DNA of 64,000 nt from an uncultured beta proteobacterium (GTDB lineage Bacteria; Pseudomonadota; Gammaproteobacteria; Burkholderiales; SG8-39), in assembly GCA_963789885.1 (NCBI GenBank), contig CAWBNB010000017.1, forward strand, positions 13,939-77,938, written 5' to 3'. Positions 29,233-36,509 of this stretch are shown one piece after another. The notes beneath the pieces were generated by a model. The model did not search any database. It was not told where the DNA came from and saw nothing but the letters and a program-made list of their open reading frames with translations. Position numbers and translations under genes: made by a program. The number at the start of each line of letters is the position of its first letter. Position 1 is the first letter of the stretch.

Positions 29233-29258
29233 AAAAAACCCGCGCTCCAAGAGCGCGA
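29233..29258 (-). terminator. Rho-independent terminator after the tandem pilin genes
   Basis: Minus strand: CGCGCTC-TTG-GAGCGCG followed by GGTTTTTTG, about 25 nt after the stop at 29281. Confidence 0.7.
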
Positions 29259-29280
29259 GTTTTCCTGAGGATCGCCGCGG

Positions 29281-29979
29281 TCAGATTTTCTTGCAGACCA
29301 CGTACTGGTTGCTGCCCGACTCGATGTAGTTCGTCGCGGCGTAGATCGGTGTGCCGGTGATGTCCGGGTTGGGCGTGGTGCCCTGTTGATAGCCGAACAT
29401 CTGGCCGGTCGACGAGCGCTGGTCGTCAACCTGGGTATCGACGGCGCTCGCGATCTTGTCGGGCACGTTGGCCGAGCACAGGACGAAGCCGCTCAGGGCG
29501 GGCGCCGTTGCGCTCGTGCCGGGCGCGGTGCTCTGGACGCCGACCAGCCCGCCCACGGCGTTCACCGGCTGGCTCCAGGCCGCCTGGCCCGACGTCGCAC
29601 CGGCCACGAAACCCGCAAGACGCAGGTGCCACCAGAAGTTGTTCGACTCGGCGGTGGCGGTGGCGGTGGCCGGCGGCGCCGCCATGTAGACGCCGGCGAT
29701 GACGCCGTCGCCGCTGCCGTTCACCGTGCCCCCCGGGGGGTTCGGATCCACCCAGCGCGTGGTGGCCTGGTTGTCGTCGCCGGGGATCTGGCGATACCGG
29801 TCCTGATAGGCGAAGTAGGCCGCCGTGATGCCGTTGAAGTCGTTGACGACGTTCTTGATTCGGGCCTGGGTGATCATCTCCTGGCCCTTCAGGATGCCGC
29901 CGAGCAGCAACCCGATGATGACCAGCACGATCGCGATCTCGACCAGCGTGAAGCCTGCCTGCGTGCGCTTGGTTGACAC
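29281..29979 (-). CDS. type IV (MSHA-like) major pilin candidate, copy A
   Basis: 232 aa, GTG start. VSTKRTQAG|FTLVEIAIVLVIIGLLLGGILKGQEMI.. C-terminal disulfide pair LCSANVPDK ... YVVCKKI. Confidence 0.85.
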   Translation of the reverse strand: MSTKRTQAGFTLVEIAIVLVIIGLLLGGILKGQEMITQARIKNVVNDFNGITAAYFAYQDRYRQIPGDDNQATTRWVDPNPPGGTVNGSGDGVIAGVYMAAPPATATATAESNNFWWHLRLAGFVAGATSGQAAWSQPVNAVGGLVGVQSTAPGTSATAPALSGFVLCSANVPDKIASAVDTQVDDQRSSTGQMFGYQQGTTPNPDITGTPIYAATNYIESGSNQYVVCKKI

Positions 29980-30000
29980 TCTCTATGACCTCGTTCGCCG

Positions 30001-30699
30001 TTAGACCTTCTTGCAGACCACGTACTGGTTGCTGCCCGACTCGATGTAGTTCGTCGCGGCGTAGATCGGTGTGCCGGTGATGTCCGGGTTGGGCGTGGTG
30101 CCCTGTTGATAGCCGAACATCTGGCCGGTCGACGAGCGCTGGTCGTCGACCTGGGTATCGACCGCGCTCGCGATCTTGTCGGGCACGTTGGCCGAGCACA
30201 GGACGAGGCCGCTCAGGGCGGGCGCCGTTGCGCTCGTGCCGGGCGCGCCATTCTGGACGCCGACCAGCCCGCCCACGGCGTTCACCGGCTGGCTCCAGGC
30301 CGCTTGGCCCGACGTCGCGCCGGCCACGAAACCCGCAAGACGCAGGTGCCACCAGAAGTTGTTCGACTCGGCGGTGGCAGTGGCGGTGGCCGGCGGCGCC
30401 GCCATGTACACGCCGGCGATGACGCCGTTGCCGCTGCCGTTCACCGTACCGCCCGGGGGGTTCGGATCCACCCAGCGCGTGGTGGCCTGGTTGTCGTCGC
30501 CGGGGATCTGGCGATACCGGTCCTGATAGGCGAAGTAGGCCGCCGTGATGCCGTTGAAGTCGTTGACGACGTTCTTGATTCGGGCCTGGGTGATCATCTC
30601 CTGGCCCTTCAGGATGCCGCCGAGCAGCAGCCCGATGATGACCAGCACGATCGCGATCTCGACCAGGGTGAAGCCCGCCTGTTTGCGTTTGAGTTCCAT
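30001..30699 (-). CDS. type IV (MSHA-like) major pilin candidate, copy B
   Basis: ATG 30699 preceded by AGGAGA. MELKRKQAG|FTLVEIAIV.. 8 aa differences from copy A by hand alignment. Confidence 0.85.
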   Translation of the reverse strand: MELKRKQAGFTLVEIAIVLVIIGLLLGGILKGQEMITQARIKNVVNDFNGITAAYFAYQDRYRQIPGDDNQATTRWVDPNPPGGTVNGSGNGVIAGVYMAAPPATATATAESNNFWWHLRLAGFVAGATSGQAAWSQPVNAVGGLVGVQNGAPGTSATAPALSGLVLCSANVPDKIASAVDTQVDDQRSSTGQMFGYQQGTTPNPDITGTPIYAATNYIESGSNQYVVCKKV

Positions 30700-30753
30700 C
30701 GTCTGTCTCCTTACAGCGGGCATCTGCGCCCGTTTAACTGGTGCGGAGACTAG

Positions 30754-30769
30754 AGCAAACTCAATGCCA
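30754..30769 (-). promoter_or_regulatory. sigma-54 (-24/-12) promoter for the pilin pair
   Basis: Minus strand TGGCAT-TGAGT-TTGCT has exact GG-N10-GC spacing and matches TGGCAC-N5-TTGCW at most positions. It lies about 55 nt upstream of ATG 30699. Confidence 0.7.
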
Positions 30770-30878
30770 GCGCTGGGCCTTGATTCGTGACGGAAATCAC
30801 GGGGTTTTTGGGGGTGAGCTGCCGACTTCCCGTCAATAGCGCCAACTAGTTGACAGCGGCGGCGCCGGCGGCGCCCGA

Positions 30879-31589
30879 TTACTTCGTTTTCAGCTTCTCC
30901 TCAAGCTGCTTGAGCCGGCGCTCGAGCAGCTCGAAATCCCGGCGGTCCTTGACCTGTCCGCTCGCCAACAGCCCCCCGATCATGATCTTGGCAGCCTCCA
31001 GCTCGTTCATGTCCTCGAGAATGAAAGGCTCCATCTGGCGGACCCAAGTCGGCGCATCCGGGGTCGTGGTGTTCTGCTGCAGCGCAACCGCGTACTTGCG
31101 CGCGAGCGGCAGGTCCTTGAGTTGGTGCTTGGCGAGGAGGGTGGCGTGAGCCAGCCACGGCCAGCGCCGATTGGGATCTTTCAGATACTCGCGGTAGACG
31201 AAGTCGAGCATCTTGCGCTGCCGTGCTGGGTCCGGGATGTCCGCGTAGAGCCGGCTCGCGCTCATGAGCGGGTATTGGCCCCCCGGGTCGAGTTCGAGGA
31301 TCCTGGCGAGCCATTCCACCAGGCGGTCGTAGTCGAGGTCGCGGTACGGTATGCGCGTCCCGGCCTGATAGTCGAACGCCTGCAGGTACAGCATCAGCAG
31401 GTCGGCGAGCGCGATCGGCTCGCCGACCGCGGCGAGCCGCAGGGCGTTCGCGCCCGGTGCCGGGCCGAGGTCCTCCGCCCGCGCCGACGGGCGCGGCTGC
31501 AGCACGGCCACCCCGATCTGCAGCCCCAGCGCCAGGACGAGCCCGACAGCGACCCAGCGCGGTACATCGGCGAGCGGGCGTTCGCGCAT
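30879..31589 (-). CDS. membrane-anchored protein of unknown function (helical, TPR-like body, coiled-coil tail)
   Basis: 236 aa. N-terminal TM WVAVGLVLALGLQIGVAVL, C-terminal DRRDFELLERRLKQLEEKLKTK. Starts 4 nt after the permease gene ends. I recognise no family. Confidence 0.55.
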   Translation of the reverse strand: MRERPLADVPRWVAVGLVLALGLQIGVAVLQPRPSARAEDLGPAPGANALRLAAVGEPIALADLLMLYLQAFDYQAGTRIPYRDLDYDRLVEWLARILELDPGGQYPLMSASRLYADIPDPARQRKMLDFVYREYLKDPNRRWPWLAHATLLAKHQLKDLPLARKYAVALQQNTTTPDAPTWVRQMEPFILEDMNELEAAKIMIGGLLASGQVKDRRDFELLERRLKQLEEKLKTK

Positions 31590-31592
31590 CGG

Positions 31593-32360
31593 TCAGAGGT
31601 TCTGGCGGTGGAGGTCGAACTGAGCGGCGGTGACGAGGAGCGCCGTGTAGATCGCCGCCTGCGCGAGCACGCTTCCCACCGCGGCTGCCGACGGCGGCGC
31701 GTCGACCAGCCAGGCGGTCTGGGTCATGAGGTCGAACCGCGGCAGGATCGCGGCGATCCCCTGCACCACCCAGTTCGACGCGCGATCGGTCCAGGTCTGC
31801 GATCCCTCGGCCGCCCGGGCAATGATCTCGATCGCCGCCATCGACCGGCCGAGCAGGTAGAACCCGAGCACCGCGGCGAGCGCCGGGACCACATGGGTGA
31901 GCGTGATTACGCAGAAGAGACTCATCGACGCGAGGATGACCAGCTCGCAGGCGAGCGACAGGCCCCAGAGGGCGACCCGCGCGGGTGGCGCGAAGAACGC
32001 GAGCGGGGCGCTGACGATCACGGCGAGCGCGAGGGCGGCGGCCGAGAATCCGACGAGCTTGCCGAAGAGATAGGCCGCGCGCGGCCAGGGCTGCGCGAGC
32101 ATCAGCTCGAGCACCTTGTCGTTGAACTCGCGCACCATGCTCATGACCACGAACGACGCCACCAGGAACGCGGCGCAGCCACGGAGCAAGGCTGCGATAA
32201 TCGCCGCCTGTACCCGTGCGGTCTCGATGAGCGCGACCTGCTGCAGGAACGCCGCCGATACGCCGGCGAAGAGGAGGAGCACGCCGACCAGCCACAGCAT
32301 GCGGCTGCGCAGTGCTTCCAGCAACGTTGCTCGGGCGATCGAAAGTACGACCTTTGTCAT
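31593..32360 (-). CDS. ABC-2-type transporter permease-like integral membrane protein
   Basis: 255 aa with about 6 predicted TM helices. The N-terminal LLEALRSRMLWLVGVLLL is typical of ABC-2/NosY-like permeases. No adjacent ATPase gene. Confidence 0.55.
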   Translation of the reverse strand: MTKVVLSIARATLLEALRSRMLWLVGVLLLFAGVSAAFLQQVALIETARVQAAIIAALLRGCAAFLVASFVVMSMVREFNDKVLELMLAQPWPRAAYLFGKLVGFSAAALALAVIVSAPLAFFAPPARVALWGLSLACELVILASMSLFCVITLTHVVPALAAVLGFYLLGRSMAAIEIIARAAEGSQTWTDRASNWVVQGIAAILPRFDLMTQTAWLVDAPPSAAAVGSVLAQAAIYTALLVTAAQFDLHRQNL

Positions 32361-32386
32361 CTGCGAAGCATCACCGGGGCGGCGCT

Positions 32387-32402
32387 TGGCACGAAATCTG
32401 CG
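32387..32402 (+). promoter_or_regulatory. sigma-54-like promoter upstream of the histidine kinase gene
   Basis: TGGCAC-GAAAT-CTGCG has correct GG-N10-GC spacing. It lies about 60 nt upstream of ATG 32464. Confidence 0.45.
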
Positions 32403-32463
32403 CTCGCGCGAAGCCTAAGGGCCCGGGCGGCGGGACGCAAGCGGGGGCGAGCCTGCACAAGTC

Positions 32464-34221
32464 ATGACTGAGCGCGCATTCGATCAGGTGGAACAGCGGG
32501 CAGGGCGCTGGCGATGGCTCATGCTCGCCATGCTCGTCTGCCTGCATTTCGCGGCGACGCGGGGCGTCGAGGACTTCTGGGCGCGCGGCCTGATGATGGC
32601 CCACCTCGGCCTCTTCCTCGTCTGGCAGCCGTTCATCCAGGCGGGCCAGCGGCTCAAGGTGAGCGAGGTCATTCTGATCGTCCTCATCACGGTCGGGATC
32701 CTCGCGTTCCTGAACTGGTGGATGCTCGGCCTCTGGGTCGTCGTGCTCGCCGGGATCGTCGGGGGCAAGGTCTTCCTGTTCCAGGCGCGGTGGCTCCGCG
32801 GCTTCTACCTCACCGTCTTCTCCTACCTCGTTGCGCTCCTCCTCCTCTGGATCGTGCCGAGCGGGTTCCCGAACACCCGGCCCGACGAGCTGATGCATCT
32901 CCTCGTCCTCTATGGCCTGCCGCTGCTCTTCCTCGTGATGGCGGCGATCCCGGTCGAGTCGGACAGCGCCGAGCCGCAGGTGGTCGACTTCTTCTACGCC
33001 AGCATGATCTTCCTGCTGCTGGTGGCGCTCGTGCTCGGCAGCTTCACCTTCATGACCGTCGGCGGCAGGTCCTACGTGCTGTCGCTCATGCTCAGCCTGT
33101 TCGTGATCGCCGCGGTGCTGCTGTTCCTGAGCCTTGCCTGGAACCCGCGCGCCGGTTTCTCGGGCCTGCAGATGGTGTTCTCGAGGTACCTCCTGTCGAT
33201 CGGGCTGCCGTTCGAGCAGTGGCTGCACTTCCTCGCCGAGAGTTCGCGGAGCGAGTCGCGGCCAGACCAGTTCCTGAAGGAGGCGTGCGCGGGCCTCGGC
33301 CGACTGCCCTGGGTGACCGGCGGGAGCTGGATGACCGCGGCCGACTCGGGCGAGTTCGGCGCGCCCTCCAAGTACACCGTCGACTACGCTGGTCGGGAGG
33401 TGAGCATCCGCCTCTACTGCCGCCACCGCCCGAGCCCGTCGCTCGTCTGGCACTTCAACCTCCTCGGCCAGCTCGTCGGCCAGTTCTACGTCGCCAAGCA
33501 GCGCGAGCTCAAGCTCCAGCAGCAGACCTACGTCCAGGCGCTGCACGAGACCGGCGCGCGCATGACGCACGACGTCAAGAACCTGCTGCAGACCCTGAAC
33601 GTCCTCTGCTCCGCCGCCGAACGCGAGCCGGACGGCGATCCGGGCGCGCTGCATGGGTTGATGCGGCGGCATCTCCCGACCGTTCTGCAGCGGCTCCAGC
33701 AGACGCTCGACAAGCTCCAGCGCCCGCAGATCGACAGCGGCCGGTTCATCACGACCGAGGCATGGTGGGAGTCGCTCCAGAAGACCTATCAGCTCCGCGG
33801 GGTGGAGTTCGAGGCGACGGCGCTCGACGCGGGCATCCTGCTGCCGAAGGACCTGTTCGACAGCGCCTCGGAGAACCTGCTGCAGAACGCGCTCGAGAAG
33901 CGCAAGGTCGATCCGGACGTCGCGGTCACCGTCTCCCTCGCCTGTGGCGACGAGATCGTGCTGCGGGTCTGCGACAGCGGCCGGCCGGTGTCGCGGAACG
34001 TGCTGCAGGGCCTGCTGCGCGGGCCGGTCCCGTCGGAGACCGGCTACGGGATCGGCCTGTACCAGGTCGCGCGGCAGGCCGAGATGTCGGGATTCAGCTT
34101 CCGGCTCGCGGGCAACGAGCAGGGTCAGGTGTGCTTCGAGCTGCGTGGAGAAGTGCGCCGCGGGGGCCCGGCTCTGCGCGCCGGACCGCGCACCGCGGCG
34201 CAGGAGAGCGCAGCGACCTGA
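32464..34221 (+). CDS. multi-TM sensor histidine kinase (PrsK-like architecture)
   Basis: 585 aa. About 8 TM N-terminal half, H-box MTHDVKNLLQTL, N-box LLQNALEK, G-boxes DSGRPV / GYGIGLY. Confidence 0.8.
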   Translation: MTERAFDQVEQRAGRWRWLMLAMLVCLHFAATRGVEDFWARGLMMAHLGLFLVWQPFIQAGQRLKVSEVILIVLITVGILAFLNWWMLGLWVVVLAGIVGGKVFLFQARWLRGFYLTVFSYLVALLLLWIVPSGFPNTRPDELMHLLVLYGLPLLFLVMAAIPVESDSAEPQVVDFFYASMIFLLLVALVLGSFTFMTVGGRSYVLSLMLSLFVIAAVLLFLSLAWNPRAGFSGLQMVFSRYLLSIGLPFEQWLHFLAESSRSESRPDQFLKEACAGLGRLPWVTGGSWMTAADSGEFGAPSKYTVDYAGREVSIRLYCRHRPSPSLVWHFNLLGQLVGQFYVAKQRELKLQQQTYVQALHETGARMTHDVKNLLQTLNVLCSAAEREPDGDPGALHGLMRRHLPTVLQRLQQTLDKLQRPQIDSGRFITTEAWWESLQKTYQLRGVEFEATALDAGILLPKDLFDSASENLLQNALEKRKVDPDVAVTVSLACGDEIVLRVCDSGRPVSRNVLQGLLRGPVPSETGYGIGLYQVARQAEMSGFSFRLAGNEQGQVCFELRGEVRRGGPALRAGPRTAAQESAAT

Positions 34222-34249
34222 GAACGCGCGCCGCCCGGGCGCGCCTACC

Positions 34250-35542
34250 TCACGCGGCCGCTTCCTGGACGGCCGCGGTCTTGCGGCCCTTGAGCGTGTA
34301 GACCGTCGTGTCGCCCTTGCCCTTGAGGTAGATCGTCTTCGGCGGGTCGAACTCGAACTTGTTGCGCAGGCGGCGGTAGGTCGTGACGTCGACCTGGATC
34401 ATCCCGGGCACGCTCTCGGCGGTGATGCGGCTCGCGAGGTTGACCGTGTCGCCCCACAGGTCGTAGATGAACTTCTTCTTGCCGACCACGCCGGCCACCA
34501 CCGGACCGGTGCCGATGCCCATGCGGATCTCGAGCCGGTGGTCGTGGATCGCGATGTTCTTCGCCAGCAGGTCGCGCATTTCGAGCGCCATCTGGGCGAT
34601 CGCCTCGGAGTAGTTGATCGCCGAGTCGTCGTTGATGCCCCCGGCGACCATGTACGCGTCGCCGATCGTCTTGATCTTCTCGAGACCGTACTTCTCGGCG
34701 AGCGCGTCGAACGACGAGAACACCTTGTTCAGCATCGCGAAGATCTGGTTCGGCGACAGGCCCTCCGCCAGGGTGGTGAAGTTCACGATGTCGGCGAACA
34801 TCACCGTCACGTCGGCGAAGCCGTCGGCGATCGTCCCGTCCTCCATCTTCAGGCGCTCGGCGACCGGGCCCGGCAGGATGTTGAGCAGCAGCCGCTCGGA
34901 GCGCTCCTGCTCGGCTTGCAGGAGCCGGTGCGCCTCCTCGAGCCGCACCTTCGACTTCTCGCGCTCCACCGCCGCGAACCGCAGCAGGAGATACACGATG
35001 CTCGAGATCGCGACGAAGTTGAGCGCGAAGAAGACCACGATCGTCTTCGGCGGGACCGGCGGCGGTTTGACGCCCTCGGAGAAGATCCAGTAGTCGTAGC
35101 CCGCCGCCCCGATGATGAGCAGGACGTAGGCCGCGAACCAGAGGACCGACTCCCGCGGGTTGTAGAGGAGGATCGCTCCGACCGGCGCGAGGAGTCCCCA
35201 GAGCACGAAGCCGCTGGCGGTGATGAAATCCCCGAGCGTCGCCTGCAGCACGAACGGGAACGCGAGATACAGCGAGAGCTGCATCACCCTGAACCAGTCG
35301 AAGTTGCGGCTCACCAGGTAGATGGCGAGCGTGCCGAGCGAGACGAGCTGGTAGCCGACCGGGACCGACGTCGGGATGTTCAGGCCCATGGACTGGTACA
35401 GGACGAGCCAGAGCACCGGGGACGCGGTGGTGAGCCCCATCGCGAACATCAGGAGCGACTTCTTGAGTTTGACCTCGTCCGAATCGCCCGGCTCGATGCC
35501 GGCCGTCTTCAGGCGCCTCCACAGGTCGGACACGTAGCTCAT
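34250..35542 (-). CDS. membrane-bound class III adenylate/guanylate cyclase
   Basis: 430 aa. About 6 TM N-terminus, coiled linker, catalytic core VTVMFADIVNFTTL .. KTIGDAYMV .. YDLWGDTVNLASR. Confidence 0.85.
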   Translation of the reverse strand: MSYVSDLWRRLKTAGIEPGDSDEVKLKKSLLMFAMGLTTASPVLWLVLYQSMGLNIPTSVPVGYQLVSLGTLAIYLVSRNFDWFRVMQLSLYLAFPFVLQATLGDFITASGFVLWGLLAPVGAILLYNPRESVLWFAAYVLLIIGAAGYDYWIFSEGVKPPPVPPKTIVVFFALNFVAISSIVYLLLRFAAVEREKSKVRLEEAHRLLQAEQERSERLLLNILPGPVAERLKMEDGTIADGFADVTVMFADIVNFTTLAEGLSPNQIFAMLNKVFSSFDALAEKYGLEKIKTIGDAYMVAGGINDDSAINYSEAIAQMALEMRDLLAKNIAIHDHRLEIRMGIGTGPVVAGVVGKKKFIYDLWGDTVNLASRITAESVPGMIQVDVTTYRRLRNKFEFDPPKTIYLKGKGDTTVYTLKGRKTAAVQEAAA

Positions 35543-35729
35543 CTAGGCGTTGTTCTGGGCGCGTGGGCGCCCGGTGCGGCGCCATCAGGCGCCGGACCGG
35601 CGGAAATGCAAACGATTGTACGATGACTCGACTGCCGGTCATCCACGAACCGGCGGCCGCTGCGGAAGACTTGGCGTTCCCGCGGCGGGTTGCGCGGCCG
35701 GGAACCGGAACGATGCCTCAAACGGGCGT

Positions 35730-36509
35730 TCAGAGTGCGCCGGCGGCGACGAGGCGGCCGTAGAGCACGTTCGCGGAGAGCGTGACGAGCATGTCGTCGA
35801 AGTCGGCCACCGGCGCGTGAGTGACGAAGTACGGGTTGCGGCTGGCGGCCACGCTGACGTTCAGATTGTCCTGCTCGTCGGGGCCGAGCGGCCCGTTGAG
35901 GCCGGTCTTTCCGGTCGAGAACACGACCGCCGCCACCAACGTCGGTGTCCGGCCCGCCGGGCAGACGCCAGCGGGCGCGCCCGGCAGGTCGACGCACACG
36001 GTGAGATCGGTGGTCAGCCCCGTGTACCCGGCTGCCTTGAGCGCGCCGGCGGTGGTGAAGGCGTTCACGCTGACGCCGGGCGGGACGGAGGCGGTCACGC
36101 GCGTCACGGCGTACCGCACCGGGTTTCCCCATGCATCGACCAACTGGCCCAGGTTGTTCGTCGGTCCGATGCCCAGGGTGATCGCCGGCACGAAGCCGGG
36201 CTGGGTCAGGGCGCCACCGCCGTCGAGCGTGATGGTGCAGGCCCCGCCCCCGAGCGGATCCTCCCGGCCGCTGGTGGCGACGCTCGCCGGGCAGGGCAAT
36301 CGCCCGTTCGCCACTGCGAAGCCGATCAGTGCGTCCCGTGCGCCTTCGAGCGCGCGTCGCGTTTCCACGAGCTCGCGGTTCTCGTTCTGGGCGGAGAGCG
36401 TCATCAGCAGACCGCCGGCGAGGAGGGCGACGATCATCGCGACGATCGCAAGCTCGGTGAGCGTGAAGCCCCGTGCGCGCGCGCGGAGCGGAGACGCGGG
36501 CGCGATCAC
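35730..36509 (-). CDS. prepilin-type minor pilin
   Basis: GTG 36509 overlaps the upstream stop (GTGA). VIAPASPLRARARG|FTLTELAIVAMIVALLAGGLL, then ..ANGRLPCPA... Confidence 0.75.
   Translation of the reverse strand: MIAPASPLRARARGFTLTELAIVAMIVALLAGGLLMTLSAQNENRELVETRRALEGARDALIGFAVANGRLPCPASVATSGREDPLGGGACTITLDGGGALTQPGFVPAITLGIGPTNNLGQLVDAWGNPVRYAVTRVTASVPPGVSVNAFTTAGALKAAGYTGLTTDLTVCVDLPGAPAGVCPAGRTPTLVAAVVFSTGKTGLNGPLGPDEQDNLNVSVAASRNPYFVTHAPVADFDDMLVTLSANVLYGRLVAAGAL

Larger units (their letters stand above)
29281..30699 (-). repeat. 720-bp-period tandem duplication (two pilin genes)
   Basis: 29281..29979 vs 30001..30699. About 29 mismatches and no indels by hand alignment. Mismatches cluster at the two gene ends, with long identical internal stretches. 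Confidence 0.9.

Noticed and set aside
28931-29280. A possible small gene or RNA in the 350-bp gap upstream of the third pilin (ORFs 28963..29268(+) and 28669..29112(-)).
   Set aside because: The translations are Arg-rich nonsense with no RBS or start context. I saw no tRNA-like or riboswitch-like structure and no -24/-12 element. It is most likely just the promoter and 5' region of pilin 3 plus the terminator of the pilin pair.
29281-30699. The tandem pilin repeat as an assembly artefact.
   Set aside because: The two units differ at about 29 positions, including different leader peptides and different start codons (GTG vs ATG). Each has its own RBS, which argues for two real genes. Long-read confirmation is still advisable.
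32403-32450. A sigma-54 promoter for the ABC-2 permease gene on the minus strand (GGCTCG-N-GCTTGCG).
   Set aside because: The GG-to-GC spacing is about 13 nt instead of 10, so it does not fit -24/-12 geometry.
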